From contig JAZORO010000070.1 of assembly GCA_045656605.1 (NCBI GenBank), positions 731-64,730 of the forward strand: 64,000 bases of DNA, read 5' to 3'. The notes beneath the pieces are model-generated. The model searched no databases, was not told the DNA's origin, and saw only the letters and a list, made by a program, of their open reading frames with translations. Origin of the DNA: Eubacteriales bacterium (GTDB taxonomy: Bacteria; Bacillota; Clostridia; Oscillospirales; CAG-272). Positions 1 to 7,722 of this stretch are shown here, piece after piece. Numbering within the stretch: position 1 is the first letter of the stretch; the number at the start of each line of letters is the position of its first letter. The position numbers were made by a program, and so were the translations under genes.

Positions 1-1
1 A

Positions 2-712
2 CTTGAAGTTAAAATAGAAGAGACGATTACAACTGAACAAGCACCTACGGTTCTATTGCAAGCGTTTCATTTGGCCTTTCCTAATGCTCTAATAAGTACA
101 TATTGCAAAAAAACAACAACTGATTATTATAAAACATTTTGGAAGCCCACAATTTTATTTTCTTATTATGGAGATACTGAATATGCTTGCGCCAAAAAAA
201 TCGAATTACAAATGGAAGATTTGGAACGCCTGAAAACATGGCATGAACTTTTAATTTCACATCATAAGGAGTGCAAAACCAATGCAAATCTTCATTGCTC
301 TACTTGGAATTATGCATTTAACGAATATCTTGATGCCGTATATTGTGGCATCGCAGAAAAAGAGTTCGCCCATTTGATTACTGCGTTAGAAGCTTTAGTG
401 GTAGACAGCACAACCGAATTGAATTTTAGAACTGCACTATATACTGCTACTCTTTATTCTGAAAATCCTGAAACAAGAGAATCTATATACAATTTAATTA
501 AAGACTGTTACAACTTGAGAAGCAAAAGCGTTCACGGCGATGTGAAAGATTTGAGGAAGAAATTTAAGAAGAAGGAAATCTACGATAGTCTGTTTGCCTT
601 GAAAAGAGTTGTTGCAGAGCTTCTTTTTAGGTTTTACGGCAAAGAAAAGAAAGATATTGTTTCCGTTATATTAAAATCTTTATTCAAAGCACCGAAAGCA
701 ACTATAATATGA
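2..712 (+). CDS. HEPN-like protein (Rx4H motif), 5' partial
   Basis: This frame has no stop codon back to the window edge, so the listed TTG at 56 is probably internal. The C-terminal part contains 'NLRSKSVHGD', which fits the HEPN Rx4-6H motif in an alpha-helical context. The region is AT-rich relative to the rest of the window. Confidence 0.4.
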   Translation, partial: LEVKIEETITTEQAPTVLLQAFHLAFPNALISTYCKKTTTDYYKTFWKPTILFSYYGDTEYACAKKIELQMEDLERLKTWHELLISHHKECKTNANLHCSTWNYAFNEYLDAVYCGIAEKEFAHLITALEALVVDSTTELNFRTALYTATLYSENPETRESIYNLIKDCYNLRSKSVHGDVKDLRKKFKKKEIYDSLFALKRVVAELLFRFYGKEKKDIVSVILKSLFKAPKATII

Positions 713-758
713 GTAAACAAAATCCATCAAGGATAATCTGTCCTCGATGGATTTTCTG

Positions 759-1019
759 TTATCTTAATGTTTCTATGGCAATCTGCATTCCTAATTTGAA
801 GGCATATTCGAAGATAGCTGCTTCTGCAAGGCTCATATACTCGTTCCAGCAATCGTGGAACTTCTCGAATATCTCCTTTTGTTTCTCTGTGAAGCTTTTC
901 TCCAAGTCCTCGTGATGCCTTGCCATGTAGCCGAGGAGTTCCTTCATCTCCGGCGAGTTCGTTCTGCTATCCTCTTGCGGTATGATATTTCCGTGCCATA
1001 GTTCTTTAATTACGTTCAT
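759..1019 (-). CDS. small hypothetical protein (mobile-element associated)
   Basis: The internal ATG giving MNVIKELWHGN... is preceded by GGAGGTATAACAAA, a good SD, so I trimmed the start from the listed 1067. The protein is charged and helical. I cannot assign a function. Confidence 0.5.
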   Translation of the reverse strand: MNVIKELWHGNIIPQEDSRTNSPEMKELLGYMARHHEDLEKSFTEKQKEIFEKFHDCWNEYMSLAEAAIFEYAFKLGMQIAIETLR

Positions 1020-1280
1020 TTTGTTATACCTCCGGTAGCACAACACAATACCACACAAATCTCGCAAAGTCCAGACTTTTGGAGAAATAAAATAGACTAT
1101 TTTTCATCGTCCATATTCTTTGTTTAGTGTTGACTAAATTTTGATCAGCGTAAGGAGCTTCTCTTTGTCTTAGGCATAGTAATTTTTCAAGGTTTAATGC
1201 AATATCGCAATGAGATGTACCCAGACGTGCACATCATGTCTAAAATGAGGGGTTTGGGAAAAATAAGTCGTTAAAAAGAC

Positions 1281-1309
1281 TTGAATATTGGAGAAGTTTA
1301 TGCTACAAT
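1281..1309 (+). promoter_or_regulatory. sigma-70 type promoter for the recombinase gene
   Basis: TTGAAT, a 17-nt spacer, then TACAAT with an upstream TGn (tgcTACAAT). It lies 33 nt upstream of the ATG at 1342. Confidence 0.5.
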
Positions 1310-1341
1310 CAAACCACTAAAATTTGAAAGGCGGTGAGTAT

Positions 1342-2919
1342 ATGACAGGTGTAATTTACGCTCGGTATTCCTCGGATAATCAGCGCGAGGAGTCGATTGA
1401 GGGGCAGATTCGTGAGAATACTGCTTTTGCCGAGAAGAACGGCATTGTTATCGTTGGGCACTACATAGATAGAGCCGTTTCTGCGAAAACGGACAATCGC
1501 CCCGAGTTTCAGCGTATGATACGTGACAGTGCTAAAAAGACATTTGACGTAGTCATAGTTTGGAAGCTTGACCGCTTTTCTCGTAACCGCTACGACAGTG
1601 CGAAATACAAGGCTGCCTTGAAGAAAAATAACGTTCGCGTTGTTTCGGCAACCGAGGCAATCTCGGAAGGTGCAGAGGGCATAATTCTTGAATCGGTGCT
1701 TGAAGGCATGGCGGAATATTATTCAGCCGACCTTGCGGAAAAGGTAACACGGGGGTTAACCGAGAATGCCTTAAAATGCCGTTTTAACGGTGGTAACGGT
1801 CTTCCTTACGGTTATACCGTTGACGAGGAGAAGCATTTTCAAATTGACCCCTTAAAAGCTCCCATAGTGGCTGAAATATTTGAGCGTTACGCTCACGGTG
1901 AATCTATTGCCGAGATAGTACATAGCCTGAACGCACGTGGACTCAAAACACAAAAGGGTAAAGCCTTTAATCACGGCACACTCAACCGAATGCTCGGTAA
2001 CAAATCCTATATGGGCGTGTATCACTACAACGGCATTGAAATTCCGGACGGTGTTCCTGCGATAGTGTTGGAAGATACCTTCAAGGTAGTCGAAAGGCGA
2101 ATGGCACAAAATAAGCACGCATCAGCCAAGAACAAGGCGGAAGAAAAGTACGTGCTTACAACCAAGCTTTTCTGCGGAAAGTGCCACACAATGATGGTCG
2201 GAGACTCCGCGCAAAAGAAAAACGGTAATATCTACCGCTACTACAAATGCGCCAGTGCAAAGAGGCACGAATGCGATAAAAAAGCCGTTCGCAAGGAATG
2301 GATTGAGAAGCTTGTACTGAACAAGGTTATCAAGGTCTTGTTTGATGACGAAGCACTTGATAAGATTGCTGACGAAATAGTCGCTCTGCTTGACGAGGAC
2401 AACAAGGTTATACCGCTTCTTGAGGCTCAACTCAAGGAAGTTCGCAAGTCTATCGACAACGTGATGAAGGCTATCGAGGCAGGAATTATCACTCGTTCAA
2501 CTAAGGCAAAGCTTGAGGAGCTTGAAGCCGAGGAAGAGCAAATCGAGCTTAATATTCTCAAAGAGCAGACAAGCACTCCCAAGCTCACGAAAGAACAAAT
2601 TTTATTTGCTTTGGACAAATTCCGTAAACTTGACTTAACAATCGAGGCAAATAAAGAGCGTTTGATTGACAGTCTTGTGAAATGTGTCTTACTTTATGAT
2701 GATAAGCTCGTTATAACCTTTAATTTCAAAAATGAGCCTGTAACTGTTCCCACAAGCGATGAGCTTCTAGCAATAGAAGGCAGTTCGGATATTGAAGCAT
2801 TTGCTTCACCAAAGCAATCCAATCCGAACTCAGATTGGGTTGCTTTTCTTTTTTGCGACTGTTGCGAGGAGTTTTGCTCGGCGACGCTATCGCAAAGAGC
2901 TCTGAGATACGCCGGATAG
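1342..2919 (+). CDS. large serine recombinase (resolvase/invertase N-domain plus recombinase and zinc-ribbon domains)
   Basis: The N-terminus 'VIYARYSSDNQREESIEGQ' carries the catalytic Ser motif, and 'VWKLDRFSRN' is present. There is a Cys cluster, CGKCHTMM...YYKCASAKRHEC, followed by a coiled-coil region. The start was set at the ATG after GGCGGTGAG. The C-terminal tail is atypical (see findings). Confidence 0.9.
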   Translation: MTGVIYARYSSDNQREESIEGQIRENTAFAEKNGIVIVGHYIDRAVSAKTDNRPEFQRMIRDSAKKTFDVVIVWKLDRFSRNRYDSAKYKAALKKNNVRVVSATEAISEGAEGIILESVLEGMAEYYSADLAEKVTRGLTENALKCRFNGGNGLPYGYTVDEEKHFQIDPLKAPIVAEIFERYAHGESIAEIVHSLNARGLKTQKGKAFNHGTLNRMLGNKSYMGVYHYNGIEIPDGVPAIVLEDTFKVVERRMAQNKHASAKNKAEEKYVLTTKLFCGKCHTMMVGDSAQKKNGNIYRYYKCASAKRHECDKKAVRKEWIEKLVLNKVIKVLFDDEALDKIADEIVALLDEDNKVIPLLEAQLKEVRKSIDNVMKAIEAGIITRSTKAKLEELEAEEEQIELNILKEQTSTPKLTKEQILFALDKFRKLDLTIEANKERLIDSLVKCVLLYDDKLVITFNFKNEPVTVPTSDELLAIEGSSDIEAFASPKQSNPNSDWVAFLFCDCCEEFCSATLSQRALRYAG

Positions 2920-2996
2920 ATGCAAGAGGCTTCGGAATATCCCCCCTTATCGGTGATGAGTAAAAAGGTATTTGGTCTGCTTTTATTAATTCTTTG

Positions 2997-3029
2997 TGCG
3001 CTTATCAGAAAAGCGCATTTTTCTTTTTT
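2997..3029 (+). terminator. rho-independent terminator after the recombinase
   Basis: The stem is TGCGCTT/AAGCGCA with a 7-nt loop, followed by TTTTTCTTTTTT. Confidence 0.6.
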
Positions 3030-3070
3030 CCGCATTGCAAAAGCCGCCATAGCTATTGCGCTCAAAAATA

Positions 3071-3099
3071 TTTACAAAAGCATCTTTGTGTGCTATAAT
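3071..3099 (+). promoter_or_regulatory. strong sigma-70 promoter of the six-gene operon
   Basis: TTTACA (3071-3076), a 17-nt spacer, then TATAAT (3094-3099) with an extended -10 (tgcTATAAT). A GGGGGA RBS precedes the ATG at 3132. Confidence 0.65.
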
Positions 3100-3131
3100 A
3101 AACAAAAGACAAAATTCTCGGGGGAAAATTT

Positions 3132-4289
3132 ATGAACAACGGATGCAGAATAAAAGCGGAGCTGCTCTCGTACGGGGTGCGAATCTCCGACGAGGCAATA
3201 AAGCGCTTCTCCTACCCGTACCTTGTCAAAAGGCGAGCGTACAGCAACACGGACAGTGCCGACTTCTTCTCAATAGATGCGCCTCAAGAAATCATAATTC
3301 TACCTGAGAATATCATTGCGGGCGTAACTCTCAACCACACCTCTCCGTGGCGCATTGAGTACAGCGAAAACGGCTACTATCTGCAAAACTCAAGCACTCT
3401 CGAAAGGTGCGACATCACGTTTACGTTAAAGCCCGATTTCTACGGAATGAAGATATACGACGGTATCAATGCGGAGAACGTAATAACCTATATATTCGGG
3501 CATACGCTCGGCATTTTTGTTAACACGTCCTGCTACTTCGCAACGCCGGAGCGTCACTGTAGATACTGCTCCATACGCTCCAACGGAGCACGTCCAAAGG
3601 ACAACGTAAGAGTGCTCGACCGTGAGCTTATCGCATCTGCGGTGAAGCTGGCAATCGAAAATGACAACGGATTTGTAAGCAGCATATTCATAAGCGGGGG
3701 GAATTTCACGGGCTTTGACGAAAGCTTTTCACGGTATGCGGACATTGCTAAAGGCGTTATGGAAGCCGTGCGCAATTCAGGCAGGGATATCCGAGTTATG
3801 TTAAGTGTTTTCCCGCCCGAAAACAAGGAATTGATTGCTCTTTTATGCGACACGGGTCTTGACATCCTGTTAGGAACAGAGGCGTTCAGTCCCGAAGCAT
3901 ATTCACGCTTCTGCCCCGGGAAATCAAAGGTGCTCTCAAAGGAAAGGCTCAAGGACGTGCTTCGTTACGCAGTCGATATACTTGGCAAAGGGCACGTATA
4001 CAGCATAGTAATACACGGTCTTGAGGACGACGAGGCGGTGGTCGAGGGTGTCGAAGAATACGCAAAGATGGGCGTATGCACAATTGTAAACGTGTTGCAC
4101 CTTGATCCCGGCACGGAGATTATCGATATGGGTGTATCTATACCCTCCCCCGAGTCAATCCTCAGAGTCGCAGGCAAGGTCTCAAAGATATACAGTGAAT
4201 ACGGCTTTGACTCATCAGTCGCATACGGCGGAAGAAGCTCGTTCGATGCGGAGTGCTCTGTTCTTAGTCCGGAGGAATTTGAAAAATGA
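3132..4289 (+). CDS. radical-SAM-like enzyme, copy A1 (non-canonical CX8CX2C cluster motif)
   Basis: 'NTSCYFATPERHCRYCS' places Cys at residues 134, 143 and 146, with an aromatic residue before the last Cys. 'FISGGNFTG' is GGE-like. 'HGLEDDE...VNVLHLDPGTE' resembles the C-terminal half of BioB/ThiH-type radical SAM barrels. It is a paralog of the 5443-6603 protein. Confidence 0.6.
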   Translation: MNNGCRIKAELLSYGVRISDEAIKRFSYPYLVKRRAYSNTDSADFFSIDAPQEIIILPENIIAGVTLNHTSPWRIEYSENGYYLQNSSTLERCDITFTLKPDFYGMKIYDGINAENVITYIFGHTLGIFVNTSCYFATPERHCRYCSIRSNGARPKDNVRVLDRELIASAVKLAIENDNGFVSSIFISGGNFTGFDESFSRYADIAKGVMEAVRNSGRDIRVMLSVFPPENKELIALLCDTGLDILLGTEAFSPEAYSRFCPGKSKVLSKERLKDVLRYAVDILGKGHVYSIVIHGLEDDEAVVEGVEEYAKMGVCTIVNVLHLDPGTEIIDMGVSIPSPESILRVAGKVSKIYSEYGFDSSVAYGGRSSFDAECSVLSPEEFEK

Positions 4290-5407
4290 AAATGAACAAA
4301 AGGATTTATCTTTATATAATAACCGCACTCGTCCTGCCAAGCATATTCCAAGAGGCTCTGATACGCCTCGGAGCTGTCGACGAGGAGCGCAAATGGCTTA
4401 TATACCTGATTCTTACTGCGTCGATAATTGCCGTGGTTCTGCTCGCAGAGTTCGTTATGTGGATCGTATATCTGTGTAAGACCCCATCGGTAGAAACAAT
4501 GCTTGAGAGAATCGACAGAATCGGCGAAAAATACGTTCTCTTCGGAGAAACGAAGATGTTCAACGTGCCGAACTCCGAGTTCGATATGTTCTACGCAAAG
4601 AACGTAAAAAACACCGAGAGCATATTCCGCAACGCACGCCCGCACACCGTGTATCACAGCCTATCTGCCAAAAAGCATTTGAGCTGGGTAGAATTTATTT
4701 TCTGGGATTTTTTAAGAGATTTAAAGGAAGAGCTCGGCTTTAACGTTATGATAGCCTTCCACGAGGATGAAAAAGGACGTGAAAGCGGAGAAAACACGGG
4801 CTCCGAAAGATACAAGGAAATGTGCCGTGAGTTCGCTCAAATCGCAAGAAACCTCATCGGAAAAGACATTAAGATAATAAATGAAGAGGAGTACCTCAAG
4901 CGTCACCCGAGATTATACTGCGACTTTCACAAGGTGTACGTAGAGAAGCTGCTCGAAAGCGCCAAGCTTGTTGCAGAGGGCAAGAGCGACTACAAGGGAT
5001 TCTGCCGAGGACTATCGTTTGCCGAGTCGGTCTTCCCTCTCATTGCCGCCGCAAAGAAGCACGACAGAATCTACGCAATAGACAGAGAAACGGCATTCAA
5101 TATATGGAACTCTCCGCCCCTCGATACGATAAAGAAGGAAGAGAGCATATACTTTATTCTTGCAGAAACTCTGAAGGACCCGGATAACAACCCATTGCAG
5201 ATATTCACCGCAGACGGCACGCTGAATATAACCGACGACCCCGAAACAGTAAGGAAAAAGCTCTTGGGAATGCCGGAGATTACAAGGCAGATAATGTATA
5301 ATATTATCTCGACGAATACTCCTTACACTCCGTCTGTCGAAGGATTCGATGATGTCGATACGGTTTATGAGTGCATAATGTTTATAAAGAATAAATACGC
5401 TATTTAG
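4286..5407 (+). CDS. membrane-anchored protein, copy B1; cytoplasmic domain resembles the class-Ic aaRS (TrpRS/TyrRS) catalytic fold
   Basis: There are two N-terminal hydrophobic helices. Its ATG overlaps the A1 stop (ATGA) and a GGAGGAA SD lies 8 nt upstream. Segments parallel TrpRS motifs (see findings), but HIGH and KMSKS are degenerate. Confidence 0.4.
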   Translation: MKMNKRIYLYIITALVLPSIFQEALIRLGAVDEERKWLIYLILTASIIAVVLLAEFVMWIVYLCKTPSVETMLERIDRIGEKYVLFGETKMFNVPNSEFDMFYAKNVKNTESIFRNARPHTVYHSLSAKKHLSWVEFIFWDFLRDLKEELGFNVMIAFHEDEKGRESGENTGSERYKEMCREFAQIARNLIGKDIKIINEEEYLKRHPRLYCDFHKVYVEKLLESAKLVAEGKSDYKGFCRGLSFAESVFPLIAAAKKHDRIYAIDRETAFNIWNSPPLDTIKKEESIYFILAETLKDPDNNPLQIFTADGTLNITDDPETVRKKLLGMPEITRQIMYNIISTNTPYTPSVEGFDDVDTVYECIMFIKNKYAI

Positions 5408-5442
5408 TAAATAATTATTTACATATTAAAGGATTGAGCCAA

Positions 5443-6603
5443 ATGCATACAAGCAATATAAGGCTGAAGGCCGAGATATTATCAGAAGGAATTTCTTTCT
5501 CCGCACGTGCGCTTGAGAATCTGCCGAGCGACGTACTTGTAAAAAGGCGTGCATATGGAAACCCCGATGAAATAAACGGAACAGAGCTTTCACTTCCGCA
5601 GGAGCTTGTGCTTTTGCCGGAGGGGATAACGGTGGGAATAAGCGCCTCGCTCCTTGCCCCCTTCACTGTCGACTATACGGGGGAAAGGTTTGTCCTTCTG
5701 CGTAACGACGAGTTTAAATGCGAGATAGGCTTTACAAGGTCCCCCGAGTTCTACGGCGCAATATGCGACTCGGGCGAGAAAGTCGAAAACGTGCTCACGT
5801 ACGTATCAGGACATTACCTCGGAATATTCGTAAATACGGCGTGCTACTTTGCCTCCCCCGGAAGGCAGTGCAAGTACTGCTCTATTAGAGCGAACTCCCG
5901 CCGACCCGAAGCGAATCTAAAGAAGGTTACGAAGGAATCCGCAACAAGCGCCGTGAGGCGTGCCGTTGAGCTCTCACGAGATAAATTCGATTTAGTCTTC
6001 ATCAGCGGTGGAAACTTCACAAACAGGGATGAAAATTTTGTTTATTACAGAGACATCGCCTTATCTATAAGGAGCGAACTTAATACCATCGCACCCGAAA
6101 TCGAGGTGGTCTTAAACGTTTTCCCACCGGACAAGCTTGCGCTTATTGATACGCTTTGCGGCAGTGGAATCAACGTGCTTGTCAGCACTGAGGTGTTCTC
6201 TGAAGAGGGATACGCATATCATTGCCCCGGAAAATCCAAAATATTGCCTAAAAAAAGGCTATATACCGTGCTCAAAAGGTACGTAAAAGCACTCGGAAAG
6301 GGTCATGTTTACAGCATAGTAATCCAGGGTCTCGAAAGCACGGACAGTCTTATCGATGGCATATGGGACTATGCAGAAAGGGGAGTGTGCACCGTAGTAA
6401 ACGTATTGCATCTCGACCCTGACACCGAGCTTGCGAAGGAAGGGGCCAAGCGCCCCGACGCCGACGATATACTTAGAGTAGCCAAAGAGCTTGAGAAGGT
6501 ATATTCAAAGCACGGCTTTGATACAAGGCGTATTTACGGCGGAAGAAATTCTTTTGATGCCGAATGCTCTTTAGGACTTATAAGCAAGAAAGGAGATAAC
6601 TAA
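5443..6603 (+). CDS. radical-SAM-like enzyme, copy A2 (CX8CX2C)
   Basis: 'NTACYFASPGRQCKYCS' is present. With the ATG at 5443 the three Cys fall at residues 134, 143 and 146, the same as in A1. It aligns along its full length with A1 ('GKGHVYSIVI.GLE', 'GVCT.VNVLHLDP.TE', 'YGGR.SFDAECS'). Confidence 0.6.
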   Translation: MHTSNIRLKAEILSEGISFSARALENLPSDVLVKRRAYGNPDEINGTELSLPQELVLLPEGITVGISASLLAPFTVDYTGERFVLLRNDEFKCEIGFTRSPEFYGAICDSGEKVENVLTYVSGHYLGIFVNTACYFASPGRQCKYCSIRANSRRPEANLKKVTKESATSAVRRAVELSRDKFDLVFISGGNFTNRDENFVYYRDIALSIRSELNTIAPEIEVVLNVFPPDKLALIDTLCGSGINVLVSTEVFSEEGYAYHCPGKSKILPKKRLYTVLKRYVKALGKGHVYSIVIQGLESTDSLIDGIWDYAERGVCTVVNVLHLDPDTELAKEGAKRPDADDILRVAKELEKVYSKHGFDTRRIYGGRNSFDAECSLGLISKKGDN

Positions 6604-7712
6604 TGAATAAAAAGCTGTTGATATACGTGCTTATGACATTGATTGTTCCTACGCTTACGTCTGAGCTGCTCTCAACATTCTTTGAATTCAACTTTGGCTC
6701 GCCTATCGTTAACGTGCTGATACTGTCTCTGGCGATTATCTTGCTTATACTTATAGTTGAGCTAATCGTGTATTTCTTCCCAAGATTCACGGGTAAGAGC
6801 AAGGCTGCGATAAGCACAAAAATCAAAGAAATCTCCGCTCCGTATAAGCTCCCCTCGGGCAAGCCGTTCTATACCGAGGACTCAAGACTACTCGCCGCTC
6901 TTGCAAGCAAAGACAGCTATAAAAAGCTACCTCTCTTAAGCTACACCTTCTTCTTCGTTGTGATGGTACGGGAGTATTTCAGCTGGATAGAATTCGTCAA
7001 CCTCACACTGCTTGCAAAGCTCGGGCGTGAGCTCGATATTGAGGTAGTAATAATACTCGAAAGCAACGAAAGCTCGCTCGATTCATCCACCCACAGAGCA
7101 AGAGATGCGGCGAGATTCAAGGCGGAAGAGGAAACCTACAAGAGAATTATTACCTCTATATTCGGCGGTAAAGTAACGATAAGAAGCGACTCGTATTACC
7201 GCAAATCGGATTCAAAAAAATACGCTCTTGAATTCCATACGCTTTACGTAAAACGAGTTCTCGGATACGTAAGGGAGCTTGAAGAGGGGAAAATCGATTA
7301 CTCGGCGTTAAGACACAGATTTGCATATCTTGAAGCTATATTCCCCATTATATGTGCGGCAGACAAAAACAAGAGCAAGGAAGTACTCTTCATACTCGAC
7401 AGAGAGAGCTCGAAGGAAACTTGGTCGAGCGCACCTCTGAAGGACAAAATAGAAAAAACGGGAATATACTTTATAAATGCGGCTACGCTGGATGCCGACG
7501 AGAGCACGGGGAAGAATCCCGTTTCTATGCTCAACCTGCTCGCACCGCATATAAAAATCAAAGAACAGCTAAGCGTCCTCTCCGATAAATCGAAGCAAAC
7601 GATACTCTATCTGTTACGAGCGGCGACCGACGACTACGAGCAATACGACGAGAACAAAGACGTCGAGATAACGATGATAATCCAAAAAATCAAGGCAAAG
7701 TACAACATCTGA
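6603..7712 (+). CDS. membrane-anchored protein, copy B2 (divergent paralog of B1)
   Basis: There are two N-terminal TM helices. Its start overlaps the A2 stop (TAATG) and follows an AAGGAG SD. It shares blocks with B1: 'SW(V/I)EF', 'E..FP(L/I)I.AA.K', '(I/L)DRE' and the C-terminal 'IK.KY.I'. Confidence 0.4.
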   Translation: MNKKLLIYVLMTLIVPTLTSELLSTFFEFNFGSPIVNVLILSLAIILLILIVELIVYFFPRFTGKSKAAISTKIKEISAPYKLPSGKPFYTEDSRLLAALASKDSYKKLPLLSYTFFFVVMVREYFSWIEFVNLTLLAKLGRELDIEVVIILESNESSLDSSTHRARDAARFKAEEETYKRIITSIFGGKVTIRSDSYYRKSDSKKYALEFHTLYVKRVLGYVRELEEGKIDYSALRHRFAYLEAIFPIICAADKNKSKEVLFILDRESSKETWSSAPLKDKIEKTGIYFINAATLDADESTGKNPVSMLNLLAPHIKIKEQLSVLSDKSKQTILYLLRAATDDYEQYDENKDVEITMIIQKIKAKYNI

Positions 7713-7722
7713 GGGTCTTTCT

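Noticed and set aside
2920-3135. A 71-aa plus-strand ORF between the recombinase and the operon.
   Set aside because: It would run straight through a terminator hairpin (2997-3029) and the operon promoter (3071-3099). It has no SD, and its hydrophobic product reflects T-rich intergenic DNA.
3965-4657. A 230-aa minus-strand ORF spanning the A1/B1 junction of the novel operon.
   Set aside because: It is antisense to two ORFs that have paralogs (A2 and B2) conserved at the protein level. It has no equivalent antisense ORF in the second module and no RBS.
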